From positions 1,260,001-1,292,000 of the forward strand of contig NC_000854.2 in assembly GCF_000011125.1 (NCBI RefSeq): a stretch of DNA of 32,000 bases, given 5' to 3'. The notes beneath the pieces were generated by a model that saw only the letters and a program-made list of their open reading frames with translations, did not search any database and was not told the DNA's origin. The position numbers were made by a program, and so were the translations under genes. Below are positions 8,322 to 17,298 of this stretch, one piece after another. The DNA is from Aeropyrum pernix K1 (GTDB lineage Archaea; Thermoproteota; Thermoprotei_A; Sulfolobales; Acidilobaceae). The first letter of the stretch is position 1; the number at the start of each line of letters is the position of its first letter.

Positions 8322-9551
8322 ATGACGTTAAGCAGTGCGGGGGGTAGCAGGAGCCACAGGCATAACGGCGGGCACAGCGAGAGGGACGTTGAGATCAGGA
8401 TTCTAAAGGATAAGGTGCGCAGCCTGACCAAGGAGAAGATAAGCCTGCAGAAGGAACTCGAGTACTATAAAAACGAGATCACCAAGCTCCTCTCGCCACC
8501 CTACATCGAGGCCGTGGTACTGGAAGTCATAGACGATAACAGGGTTGTCGTGAAGAGCAGCACAGGCCCCAACCTCATAGTTAACGTTGCAGCGGGCGTC
8601 GACGCCAGGTCCCTGAAGCCCGGGGCGATAGTGGCCCTCAACAACCGGGGCTCCACAATTGTTGACGTGCTGCCGGGCAGGTACGACCCCCTGGTTAAGG
8701 CTATGGAGGTTGAGGAGAGGCCTAAGGTGTTCTTCAAGGACGTCGGGGGCCTCGAGGAGCAGATTAGGGAGATATACGAGGCTGTGGTGCTGCCTATAAA
8801 GAACCCCCACCTCTTTAGGGAGCTCGGGATAGACCCGCCTAAGGGGGTTCTACTCCACGGCCCCCCGGGGACGGGGAAGACCCTCCTGGCTAAGGCCGTG
8901 GCGGGGGAGACAGAGGCCACGTTCATAAGGGTTGTGGGCAGCGAGCTCGTCAACAAGTTCATCGGGGAGGGCGCCAGGCTTGTGAGGGAGATATTCAGGC
9001 TTGCGAGGGAGAAGGCCCCCTCAATACTATTCATCGACGAGATAGACGCCATCGCATCCAAGAGGGTCGACATAGGAACCAGCGGGGACAGGGAGGTGCA
9101 GAGGACCATGCTCCAGCTTCTCGCGGAGCTCGACGGCTTCGACCCCCTGGACAACGTGAAGGTCATAGCAGCCACTAACAGGCTAGACCTCATAGACCCA
9201 GCCGTCCTCAGGCCCGGCAGGTTCGACAGGATAATAGAGGTGCCCCTGCCAAGCCTCCGGGGGAGGCTGGAGATACTGGGCATCCACACAAGGAAGGCGA
9301 AGATGGCGCCCGACGTCGACCTTGAGGCGATAGCCAAGCTCACAGAAGGCTTCAGCGGCGCCGACCTCAAGGCTGTGGTTGTAGAGGCTGGCTACAACGC
9401 CATAAGACGGGGATCCAGGGTCATAACTATGGACGACATGATAAAGGCGGTGGAAAAGGTTAAGGCGGCCTTGGATAAGAGGGGCGGCGGAGACCCGTTC
9501 ATAAGAGCCCAGCAGAAGAGCGGGGACGACACGATAGCCACCGTGATATAG
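8322..9551 (+). CDS. pan: Proteasome-activating nucleotidase (AAA+ ATPase PAN)
   Basis: 409 aa. N-terminal coiled coil ([29 protein letters not shown]), an OB segment, Walker [14 protein letters not shown], Walker B ILFIDEID and second region of homology. Confidence 0.95.
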   Translation: MTLSSAGGSRSHRHNGGHSERDVEIRILKDKVRSLTKEKISLQKELEYYKNEITKLLSPPYIEAVVLEVIDDNRVVVKSSTGPNLIVNVAAGVDARSLKPGAIVALNNRGSTIVDVLPGRYDPLVKAMEVEERPKVFFKDVGGLEEQIREIYEAVVLPIKNPHLFRELGIDPPKGVLLHGPPGTGKTLLAKAVAGETEATFIRVVGSELVNKFIGEGARLVREIFRLAREKAPSILFIDEIDAIASKRVDIGTSGDREVQRTMLQLLAELDGFDPLDNVKVIAATNRLDLIDPAVLRPGRFDRIIEVPLPSLRGRLEILGIHTRKAKMAPDVDLEAIAKLTEGFSGADLKAVVVEAGYNAIRRGSRVITMDDMIKAVEKVKAALDKRGGGDPFIRAQQKSGDDTIATVI

Positions 9552-9614
9552 GCATTCCCTTCAACCCTCCCACCCCCACCAGGGGCCGCGCGCCCCCGGG
9601 GGGTTTATGGGCTT

Positions 9615-9998
9615 CTAGGAGGCTTTCTTCCTGCTTCTCCTCCGCTCCCTCTTGGATATACATACATAGTATTTCTTATCCAGCTCGAGCTCTATCTGGG
9701 GCTCGAAGACGAACAGTATGCCCCACACAGACAGAATGTCCACCCCGCTCTTCTCGGAGGGCACCTTGTAGCCGTGGCCGCAGAAGACGTATTTATCCAG
9801 GCTCTTCGGCTTCTCCTCCAGGACCTCGATAACAATCCTGTCCCCCTCGGAGAGCGGTACGAGGTCCTTTATCACGTCGAACATTACAGTGGCCTTTTTA
9901 GACTTGGCGGTCGCTATCAGCTGCCCCTGTAGCTTGCCAGGCTCCATGCTCTCGATCTTAAGGTCAAGCTTCTTGGCCAACAGACATCCACCCCTCAA
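9615..9998 (-). CDS. rpo8: RNA polymerase subunit Rpo8 (RpoG), crenarchaeal type
   Basis: 127 aa. The FCGHGY motif and flanking pattern match my recollection of Sulfolobus Rpo8/RpoG. The exact start is uncertain. Confidence 0.6.
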   Translation of the reverse strand: MRGGCLLAKKLDLKIESMEPGKLQGQLIATAKSKKATVMFDVIKDLVPLSEGDRIVIEVLEEKPKSLDKYVFCGHGYKVPSEKSGVDILSVWGILFVFEPQIELELDKKYYVCISKRERRRSRKKAS

Positions 9999-10065
9999 AC
10001 GGGGGCTTGGATTCCGGGGCTATTAACGTTGGCAGCCTGCTGGGATTTCTGGTGGGGCCTGGGCG

Positions 10066-11604
10066 GTGTTTGAGATTAGGGATGTCGATCTGGCGGGGAG
10101 GATCGGCAGGATCTATACACAGCATGGTGTTGTGGAGACGCCCGCCTTCTTTCCTGTCATAGACGTGTATAGGCAGGAGGTTAGTGTGGATGAGGTTAGG
10201 GCCGCCGGGTTCGGCCAGGTTATTACAAACGCCTACCTCCTTTGGAAGCGCTTTGGATGGGAGGCGGCCGAGAAGGGTGTACACCGGATCCTCGGGTTCC
10301 CGGGTGTTGTTATGACGGACTCGGGGGCCTACCAGATACTCGAGTACGGTGGGGTGGAGCTGAGCCAGGGGGAGGTGGTAGAGTATCAGAAGAGGCTGGG
10401 GAGTGACATAGCCGTAATACTCGATATACCTACGGGTGATGTGGGGCGGAGGGAGGCTGAGGAGAGTGTTAGGGAGACTATAAGGAGGGCACTCGAGGCG
10501 CGGGTGATGATAGAGGGCGATGAGAGGATATGGGTCTACCCTGTCCAGGGGGGCCGGTACTTCGACCTGGTGGAGGAGAGCGCCAGGGTGGGGGGCAGGC
10601 TGGGCTTCTACAGGATGTACGGCATAGGTAGCCCAACCGTGTTCCTGGAGCGCTACATGTATCACGTGGTTGTGGAGGCCGTCTACAGGGCTAAGAAGCA
10701 CCTCCCCTGGGGCAGGCCCGTCCACCTCTTCGGCGCGGGCCACCCCCTCATATTCCCCTACGCGGTGGCACTGGGGGTTGACACCTTCGACTCCGCCTCC
10801 TACATACTGTACGCAAGGGAGGGCAGGTACATCACCGAGTATGGTGTCTACAGGATCGAGGACCTCGACTACCTCCCATGCTCATGCCCCGTCTGCAGCA
10901 GGTACACACCCCAGGAGCTGAGAGAGATGGATAGGGTGGAGAGGACCAGGCTCCTGGCTCTCCACAACCTCTACGTGATATCGGCGTCCATGAGGAGGGT
11001 TAAACAGGCTATACGGGAGGGGAGGCTCTGGGAGCTGCTTGAAGAAACCTCTAGGAAGCACCCCTCAACGGCGAGGGTTATGGCCAGGATGAGGAGATAC
11101 ATCGACGCCCTTGAGAAGGGGTCGGCCAGGGGTAGGGGTGTTGTGAGGGGTGTCAGGGCGTACGGCTTGGAGAGCCTGAGCAACCCCAGGCTGAGTAGGT
11201 TCTCGAGCGACGCTGCGAGGCTTGTGGAGGCCATGGCCGAGAAGTGGGGGGGTGGTAAAGCGGTCCTTAAGCCTCTGGACCCGAAGCCCGAGCCAGGCCA
11301 GTGCGAGTCTATGGTCGGCGGGGGGGAGTGGATACTCTTCTACCAGCCGTTCCTGGGTGTGTTTCCCGTTGAGGCCTGCGGCGCCTATCCCTCGCTCCAG
11401 ATAGACTACCCTCAGGAGGGGCTGCCAGCCGAGGTTATAGGCGATCTCGCCTCTAAAATAGCCTCGACAGTGTCTATCCTGAGGGGGAGGGGGTTCACGG
11501 TCAGGCTTGAGTACTGCGGCAAGGTTGAGTGGCAGGCCCGCGCGGTAGAGGCGCTCAAAACCGCTGCAGCCGGTGATCTGCCTACTGTTGAGGCCTGCGG
11601 CTAG
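10066..11604 (+). CDS. tgtA: tRNA-guanine(15) transglycosylase (archaeosine TGT), lacking the C-terminal PUA domain
   Basis: 512 aa with a GTG start. N-terminus FEIRDVDLAGRIGRIYTQHGVVETPAFFPVID, catalytic MTDSGAYQ, and zinc site CSCPVCSRYTPQEL. Ends before any PUA module. Confidence 0.9.
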   Translation: MFEIRDVDLAGRIGRIYTQHGVVETPAFFPVIDVYRQEVSVDEVRAAGFGQVITNAYLLWKRFGWEAAEKGVHRILGFPGVVMTDSGAYQILEYGGVELSQGEVVEYQKRLGSDIAVILDIPTGDVGRREAEESVRETIRRALEARVMIEGDERIWVYPVQGGRYFDLVEESARVGGRLGFYRMYGIGSPTVFLERYMYHVVVEAVYRAKKHLPWGRPVHLFGAGHPLIFPYAVALGVDTFDSASYILYAREGRYITEYGVYRIEDLDYLPCSCPVCSRYTPQELREMDRVERTRLLALHNLYVISASMRRVKQAIREGRLWELLEETSRKHPSTARVMARMRRYIDALEKGSARGRGVVRGVRAYGLESLSNPRLSRFSSDAARLVEAMAEKWGGGKAVLKPLDPKPEPGQCESMVGGGEWILFYQPFLGVFPVEACGAYPSLQIDYPQEGLPAEVIGDLASKIASTVSILRGRGFTVRLEYCGKVEWQARAVEALKTAAAGDLPTVEACG

Positions 11605-11605
11605 C

Positions 11606-12340
11606 CTACATGTATATACCGCCGCTCTCCTTCTCCTCCTCCCCCTCTATCATCCTGCTGATGGTCTCCAGTATCTCCCGCTGCATTGAGGCCATCTTCT
11701 CTATCTCATCCGTGGGTATCTCCACCCCGATTATGCTACCCCCAATCACCTTCAAACCCCTTATCGCGGCCTCATAATCCACCCTTTCGGCGACGCTGTA
11801 GGGGAGGACCATTGCGGCGGGGACGCCCAGATAGTCTAGATACATGTATAGGAGGGCCAGGGGGCCCACCACGCCCAGACCGGCCTCCATAGTGGGGGCC
11901 TCGAGCTTGGGCCCCTTGTAGTGCCTGTTCGCCAGCCACCTGTACCCGTGCTTCTCCTCCCGGGGCATGAACTCCATGTTAAGCCCCCCAACTAGGATAA
12001 CCCTGCCCACACCCATCTCCCTAAGCCAGAGGGACAGGGTGTGGAGGTACTCGTCCTGCACCTCCCTCTCCGGGTTGGCCCTGTGGACTATGGTCAGCAC
12101 CCTCTTGCCCTCGGAGTAGTAGATGTCAAAGGGGTATCCGGGGCCGTCGTCCTCCACTATAACCACGGGAGGCATGATGGGCGAGAGTATGTACCCCCTC
12201 TTGCTGGAGCCTAGGGAGAGGGCTAGATGCTTGGAGACGAGGTAGCCCACCAGCCCGAAGCCGCGGAAGCCGGTGACTACCGTGGCGCCCTCCAGCTCAT
12301 CCTTGGACAGATCGCTGACAATCTTAATCTCCTCGACCAA
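11606..12340 (-). CDS. PAC2-family (proteasome assembly chaperone-like) protein
   Basis: 244 aa. The GFRGFGLVGYLVSKHL motif and length match the archaeal PAC2 / COG1938 family. Confidence 0.7.
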   Translation of the reverse strand: MVEEIKIVSDLSKDELEGATVVTGFRGFGLVGYLVSKHLALSLGSSKRGYILSPIMPPVVIVEDDGPGYPFDIYYSEGKRVLTIVHRANPEREVQDEYLHTLSLWLREMGVGRVILVGGLNMEFMPREEKHGYRWLANRHYKGPKLEAPTMEAGLGVVGPLALLYMYLDYLGVPAAMVLPYSVAERVDYEAAIRGLKVIGGSIIGVEIPTDEIEKMASMQREILETISRMIEGEEEKESGGIYM

Positions 12341-12357
12341 ACCGTAGAACCCCCCGT

Positions 12358-12813
12358 TTACTGGAGCCTAACAACCTCTCCCCTGTCAAGCCCCCTTATA
12401 AAAGCTAGGGGTATCCTCACCCTACCCACGCCCAGCAGCCTATCCTCCTCGTCCACCACTATAGCCTCGTCGCCCGGCCTCAAACCCTCGTCTCCGCCCA
12501 CAACCTGCTTAGCGAACACGGAGCCCACGGGCTCTACGCCACTCCCCACAATAACCCTGAAACGGGGTTTGGCTATAGACCGCCTGAGGAACTCGCCAGC
12601 TCTCGTGGACAGGCTGAAATATCCGTCCCCCGCCCTCAACGTAAGGTAGGGCTCGCCCCCCGCCCACACCTGCCTTACACGCCCCCCAGCCCCGAAGCTA
12701 ACCTCAAGCCCCTCAACACTAAGGAGGGCGTCGGCAGCCTCCGGCGAGAATTGGAGTGCTAGCCTGCCCCAGAGCAGCCTGAATAGGCGGCTGTCCACAG
12801 GCCTCCTTCCCAA
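12358..12813 (-). CDS. Stand-alone ArcTGT C-terminal-like protein with a PUA domain
   Basis: 151 aa. The C-terminal VFAKQVVGGDEGLRPGDEAIVVDEEDRLLGVGRVRIPLAFIRGLDRGEVVRL is a typical PUA module. The N-terminal half resembles the ArcTGT C2 domain. Confidence 0.75.
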   Translation of the reverse strand: MGRRPVDSRLFRLLWGRLALQFSPEAADALLSVEGLEVSFGAGGRVRQVWAGGEPYLTLRAGDGYFSLSTRAGEFLRRSIAKPRFRVIVGSGVEPVGSVFAKQVVGGDEGLRPGDEAIVVDEEDRLLGVGRVRIPLAFIRGLDRGEVVRLQ

Positions 12814-12942
12814 CGCGGCTCAGCCCACATATTAACGGCCGCCCTCCCGGCTCCTTAACTCTTGACTAACCCGCGGGCCCGAGGGATCCGGATAAATATT
12901 CTATTATAAAGACCGTGGCTTCAGGGAGTATTTAAGAGGGGG

Positions 12943-13401
12943 TTGGGGGTAAGCCGGGCAGGCGGCCCTGAGGTGGATGCCGTGGACGATGGCCAGCTCT
13001 ACCAGGTACTTAGCATGATTAGGAAGAGGGGGATGAGGCTCACGCCCCAGAGGGTCGCCCTCGTTAAGTACGTGCTGGTTAACGTCGAAAAGCACGAGAG
13101 CCTGAGGGAGATTCACGAGAAGATCTCCAGGGAGATGCCTGGCATAAGCGTCTCAACAGTCTACCACACCCTCAAGATGCTGGAGGAGCTGGGTTTCATA
13201 AAGACCTTCGAGATAAACGGGAAGATACACATAGACAGGCCCCACTTTCACATCAACCTCCACTGCCTCGACACCGGCAAGATAACTGATGTCGACGTAG
13301 ACCTTGGTGGCATAGCGGAGAAGCTGGGGAGGAGCGGCCTTAAAATAAGGAACATCATAGTAGAGGTGGAAAACTGCGGCAAAAGCGGGGATGAGGGATA
13401 A
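12943..13401 (+). CDS. fur: Fur-family metal-responsive transcriptional regulator
   Basis: RLTPQRVALVKYVL...SLREIHEKISREMPGISVSTVYHTLKMLEELGFI is a Fur/PerR winged helix. The start is probably downstream of 12943: in-frame GTGs at 12973 and 12982, or ATG at 13015. TATA-like ATTTAAGA lies at ~12930. Confidence 0.8.
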   Translation: MGVSRAGGPEVDAVDDGQLYQVLSMIRKRGMRLTPQRVALVKYVLVNVEKHESLREIHEKISREMPGISVSTVYHTLKMLEELGFIKTFEINGKIHIDRPHFHINLHCLDTGKITDVDVDLGGIAEKLGRSGLKIRNIIVEVENCGKSGDEG

Positions 13402-13479
13402 CATATAGTTGGATGGGGGAAGCGATCCTCAACTATAAACCGGCAGCCCACCAAGAAACATGTAGTAGGTGCCTCCGCC

Positions 13480-13758
13480 ATGCCCAGGAGGGTGGAGAAG
13501 AGCTACAGATGCGACAACCCGCCATGCATACACGTGGTAGTCGACAGTAGGAGGAAAATCTTCAAAGTCTTCCTGGAGGACTACAACGTTATAGCCCCCA
13601 TACCCTTCGACAAGGTTATAGCGGCTTGCGAGGACGTCAAGACACTCAAGAACCTAGTGGAGAATGAAGGGTTTAGGGAGGCGGAGGCTGAGGATGTGGA
13701 CATGCTCGCGAGGAAATACCTCGGAGCCGAGCCCTACGAAGAAGAAATAGAAACATAG
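13480..13758 (+). CDS. Hypothetical small acidic protein
   Basis: 92-aa ATG-initiated ORF with host-like codon usage. No recognised domain. Confidence 0.45.
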   Translation: MPRRVEKSYRCDNPPCIHVVVDSRRKIFKVFLEDYNVIAPIPFDKVIAACEDVKTLKNLVENEGFREAEAEDVDMLARKYLGAEPYEEEIET

Positions 13759-13882
13759 TTGGAATGTCATTTCAATTGAAAGTATTGGTAATTTTGTTGG
13801 ATAGCTCCTTAACGACACATATATACGTGGACCTCTCAAATACTATATTGTAATTGATACAATGTTAAGAAACTAGCGCTCA

Positions 13883-13890
13883 AAAATAGA
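13883..13890 (+). promoter_or_regulatory. TATA-like box for ORF 13917..15101
   Basis: AAAAATAG lies 27-34 nt upstream of the GTG start. This spacing suggests a leaderless or near-leaderless mRNA. Confidence 0.3.
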
Positions 13891-13916
13891 TTACTCTAGG
13901 TGATAAGCTGTGCTTT

Positions 13917-15101
13917 GTGCTTGAGGATGAATTGAGAAGGCAGATGTTCGACAGAGAGCAGTGGCGGAGCTACTGGGAACTCCTCGCCCGCCTCTATACC
14001 CGCGCCAGCGGCTTCCTAAGACTATACAGGGAGTTGAGGGCCAGGCTTGTTGGTAAGAGTGTAGAGGAGCTTCTAGCGGGGGAGAGCGAGAGCGCTAAGA
14101 AGATGGTGCTGGGCGGTTTCAAGGTAGACGAGCAAAGGTACAGGCACAGGGCTTTAGGCATTTTCACGGGGGAGGCGCTGGGCATAAGGGTTTCAGAGGA
14201 GGATTTAAAGAAGCTTTCCTCGAGGATACTCGGCGGGGCGGAGCCTCGTGAGGCCGGAAGAGACATATTTATATTGGGTGAGGATAGCCCGGTAGTGGAT
14301 GCTGTCTCAAGTATAGCTTCTCTCCTGGAGCGGCTTTTGAGGGGCAGGGGGTATAGTGTAGATCAGCTGGCGGGGGCTGCGGAGTACGATGTTGAAGACC
14401 CCCTCTCTGCAGTCTACGCTCTGAGGGACGTTCTAGACTCTAGCAAACGTCTACTACCCCTGTACAACCCGGTGTCTTTCATGCTTAACAGCTTCTTCTC
14501 AACGCCCCTCTACTATCTGGAGGATGTCTACGGCTTCCCCCTCCATAGAAGGGGGGACACGCTTATACCCGCTGACGACGAGGTTAGGAGTGTTTTCGAG
14601 GAGAACGGTGTTAGGCTGCGTGTAATCCTAGATCCCGGGGGTTGGGGTAGACGGCACGAGACGGCTATAGTCGGCCACGAGCCGGGGAGCACGGGGTTCG
14701 AGGTACACCGCCTTACATGCCTTATATACGCCCTCCACAGCTACATAGCTACATCCGAGGAAGGAGGAGAGGGGGTTCTCAAGAGGTTTTTCCGGGGCGT
14801 TAGAAACGAGTACGAATACTATATAGAAACCTATGGGCCGCTTTTGGAGACCACCGTAAATATAGGCGATGTTCTAAGAAGGCTGGAACCGTGCAGCAGC
14901 GATAAGACAACCATATGTGAGAAGATACACGGCACGAAAGTACACTGCATTTACAAACTCGAATCCTGCAACATTAGAAGGCTGGTAAAATCTAGGATTA
15001 AGGACTTTCACAATCTCCTACTTGATGTGGGGCTGTTATCCTTCCTAGGCTTGGCGGTCTTCAACGAGGAGAAAGTCTACTTCCAGCAATTCACCGGTTA
15101 A
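13917..15101 (+). CDS. Hypothetical protein (orphan) with a C-terminal C-x7-C-x9-C-x6-C cluster
   Basis: 394-aa ORF with a GTG start. The first ~300 codons are GC-rich and host-like. The last ~90 codons are visibly lower in GC. No family recognised. Confidence 0.55.
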   Translation: MLEDELRRQMFDREQWRSYWELLARLYTRASGFLRLYRELRARLVGKSVEELLAGESESAKKMVLGGFKVDEQRYRHRALGIFTGEALGIRVSEEDLKKLSSRILGGAEPREAGRDIFILGEDSPVVDAVSSIASLLERLLRGRGYSVDQLAGAAEYDVEDPLSAVYALRDVLDSSKRLLPLYNPVSFMLNSFFSTPLYYLEDVYGFPLHRRGDTLIPADDEVRSVFEENGVRLRVILDPGGWGRRHETAIVGHEPGSTGFEVHRLTCLIYALHSYIATSEEGGEGVLKRFFRGVRNEYEYYIETYGPLLETTVNIGDVLRRLEPCSSDKTTICEKIHGTKVHCIYKLESCNIRRLVKSRIKDFHNLLLDVGLLSFLGLAVFNEEKVYFQQFTG

Positions 15102-15198
15102 ATTCAAAGTTAGCAACTATAATAAATCGCTTCGATACAAAAAGGTTAAAGATATTGAACGTCGACAACACATATAAAGTGGAAAGGAGGTCGCTCAA

Positions 15199-15546
15199 TT
15201 GGCTAACTGTGAGAAGAAAGGAGGGGATGAGGATATAATAGTTGATCCTTCGGAAATGGGTGCAGAAGCTCAGATGGAATCGCCCGTGGAGGAGGAAAAG
15301 GTTAGAACAATTAGAAGAGGTGCTAAAAGAGGCGTCGAGATACACGAGCATGTAGAAATAGGTGTAGATAAGCCGGATGAGAGGCTGGATCTAACAATGG
15401 AATCTCGAGTCAGAGAAGGAAGTCTTCAGAGACCTATATTCCTTGAGGCTGAGAATGTCGAAGTCGCCGACAATATAAACCACACGATGAACCACAGGCT
15501 CACCAGTAAGACGGGATCGAAGGGAGGAAAAGAAGAATCAGGCTAG
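15199..15546 (+). CDS. Hypothetical acidic protein in the low-GC island
   Basis: 115-aa ORF with a TTG start. ATATAAAG box at 15172-15179 and GGAGG at 15187-15190 upstream. AGA/ATA/AAA-rich codons differ from neighbouring genes. Followed by a T-rich tract. Confidence 0.4.
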   Translation: MANCEKKGGDEDIIVDPSEMGAEAQMESPVEEEKVRTIRRGAKRGVEIHEHVEIGVDKPDERLDLTMESRVREGSLQRPIFLEAENVEVADNINHTMNHRLTSKTGSKGGKEESG

Positions 15547-15574
15547 TTTTGTTGTTTCTTCGTTTTTTATTTAT
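15547..15574 (+). terminator. Oligo-T transcription termination tract
   Basis: TTTTGTTGTTTCTTCGTTTTTTATTTAT begins immediately after the stop codon at 15544-15546. Archaeal RNA polymerase terminates at T-runs. Confidence 0.45.
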
Positions 15575-15672
15575 CCTGTGTAGCTAGTGTTGACGCTGTG
15601 GTTTAGCAGCTGTGAGGAAGCTACTAGCCCCCAAGGAGCTGGAGCCTAGGAGCCCTGGCCCTTTTGGCGGTG

Positions 15673-15750
<78 letters not shown>

Positions 15751-15808
15751 CCTTCTCCTTCGCCTCCTGGACCCTCTTTCGTTTTATCTTCTGCTGTGGC
15801 TAAAAGCG

Positions 15809-17044
15809 TTACCTCCTCGTGGTGAGTATCTCCTCTAGTGCTTCTGCGAGCCTCTCGGCATCCTCCTTGCAGTTGTATATGTAGAAGCTTGCCCACACGC
15901 TACCCATGCTGGCATCCACATGGTCGTGTAGTATGTGGGCGCAGTGTAGGCCTGTCCTCACGGCTATGCCCCTCCTGTCGAGGAGGAGGCCTAGCTCGTC
16001 GGGGCTTTTCAGGTGGGTGGTTATAGAGACTATACCGTGCCTCTCACCCGGCTTGTCGGGGCCCACATAGCGTATCAGGCCTTCACTGTAGAGGGGCTCC
16101 AGCAGCTTCATCGTGTGGCTCGTCAGCTCGTCCTCATGCCTCGCAACATGCTCCATACCAATCTCCATGAGCATGTTAGCGGCCTCCGCCAGGCCGACGG
16201 CCTCTATTATAGGCGGGGTTCCTGCCTCGAACTTCCACGGCGGCTCCTCCCACTCTATCTCCACAGAGCCCCCCTGCAGTCTAACCCTCGACACAGTCCC
16301 TCCCCCTCCCAGGGGTGGCTCGAGCTCCTCGAGAAGGTCCCTCCTGGCCCACAGGACACCAATGCCCGTGGGCCCCAGCATCTTATGGCCGCTGAACGCC
16401 GCCATATCGACCCCCATCCTCCTGAAGTCTACTGGCAGGTGTGGCACCCCCTGGGCCGAGTCGAGCACGACCAGGGCGCCCACCTTCTTTGCAGCCTTAA
16501 CTATATCCTCCACAGGGGCCACCACCCCCGTAACGTTGGATACGTGGCCTACTGCCACCGCCCTGGTATCCTCGGTTATATAGTCCTCGAGCAGGTCCCA
16601 CCTAGGAACCCCCCGGCCGTCGAGGGGGAGTATCCTCGCCCTACCACCCCCCAGTCTGGCCGCCCTGACCCAGGGTAGTAGAGTGGAGTGGTGGTCAGCC
16701 GCGGTCACGAGGACCTCGCCGCCCCTTAGGAGCCCGTTGTAGGCTAGGGTAAGTGCGGCCAGCTGCATCGCCTCCGTAGTATTGCGGGTGAACACGACCT
16801 CGTCCCAACTCCCCCCGACCAGCCTGGCGACAACCTCGTGCGCATCCTCATAGGCCTTACTAGCCTCCATGCTAAGCCTATGCACACCCCTATGGACGTT
16901 GGCATAGCTCCTATACGAGAACTCCCTCATAGCCTCCACAACACGCCTTGGCTTCAAAGTGCTGGCAGCATTGTCAAGATAGACAATACCCCTCTCAAGC
17001 TCAGGAAACTCGGATCTAACCTCGTAACAGCTAAACCTGGGCAT
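15809..17044 (-). CDS. sufS: Cysteine desulfurase (class V aminotransferase, SufS/CsdA-like)
   Basis: 411 aa. PLP-lysine motif SGHKMLGPTGIGVLW and active-site Cys loop RTGLHCA. Confidence 0.9.
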   Translation of the reverse strand: MPRFSCYEVRSEFPELERGIVYLDNAASTLKPRRVVEAMREFSYRSYANVHRGVHRLSMEASKAYEDAHEVVARLVGGSWDEVVFTRNTTEAMQLAALTLAYNGLLRGGEVLVTAADHHSTLLPWVRAARLGGGRARILPLDGRGVPRWDLLEDYITEDTRAVAVGHVSNVTGVVAPVEDIVKAAKKVGALVVLDSAQGVPHLPVDFRRMGVDMAAFSGHKMLGPTGIGVLWARRDLLEELEPPLGGGGTVSRVRLQGGSVEIEWEEPPWKFEAGTPPIIEAVGLAEAANMLMEIGMEHVARHEDELTSHTMKLLEPLYSEGLIRYVGPDKPGERHGIVSITTHLKSPDELGLLLDRRGIAVRTGLHCAHILHDHVDASMGSVWASFYIYNCKEDAERLAEALEEILTTRR

Positions 17045-17181
17045 AAGGCTAAAGACACCCCCGGACAGCGGCTAGGCCGCTAACCAGGAAGAATAGTATG
17101 AACCACAGGGTAAAACCTAGAGCATAAAGGCGGAAACCTATAAGACCCCGCCCGGATAAGAACTGATACCACTGGGGCCCA

Positions 17182-17259
17182 GGGCCCGTCGTCTAGCCTG
17201 GTTAGGACGCCGCCCTGACGCGGCGGAGGTCCGGGGTTCAAATCCCCGCGGGCCCACCA
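17182..17259 (+). tRNA. tRNA-Val (anticodon GAC), CCA encoded
   Basis: GGGCCCG...CCGCC-CT[GAC]GC-GGCGG-AGGTC-CGGGG-TTCAAAT-CCCCG-CGGGCCC-A-CCA. Its acceptor stem is identical to that of the tRNA-Arg. Confidence 0.92.
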
Positions 17260-17298
17260 ACACCTTCCAATTCTTCTAGAATACTTTCAACGACTACC

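Noticed and set aside
8501-9370. Long antisense ORFs opposite recognised genes: 8501-9370 versus pan, 9964-10743 versus tgtA, 16013-16678 versus sufS, 26035-26847 versus PurM-like, 27388-28023 versus metE, and 29615-30265 versus drg.
   Set aside because: They are Ser/Pro/Ala/Arg-rich low-complexity translations typical of the antisense strand of GC-rich genes. Each lies opposite a gene with clear family motifs.
12873-12887. GCGGGCCCGAGGGAT resembles the 3' end of the tRNA-Arg gene (GCGGGCCCGGGGGGAT at 15675-15690). It was considered as a distal att site that would define a 2.8-kb island including fur.
   Set aside because: Only 9 contiguous matches, in a GC-rich motif that is likely to recur by chance. 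fur and the 92-aa ORF have host-like composition.
13402-13763. The direct repeat ACAT(AT)AGTTGGA occurs immediately after the stop codons of fur (13402-13413) and of the 92-aa ORF (13753-13763). It was considered as cassette-flanking repeats.
   Set aside because: The exact core is only 9 nt. Thousands of 9-mer pairs are expected in 32 kb. It may be a shared terminator or operator, but the evidence is insufficient.
15091-15351. An 86-aa minus-strand ORF in the low-GC island, overlapping the start of the 115-aa plus-strand ORF.
   Set aside because: The translation is hydrophobic, low-complexity and AT-driven. It has no upstream TATA or SD-like signals comparable to those of the plus-strand ORF. 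It cannot be excluded, but is unsupported.
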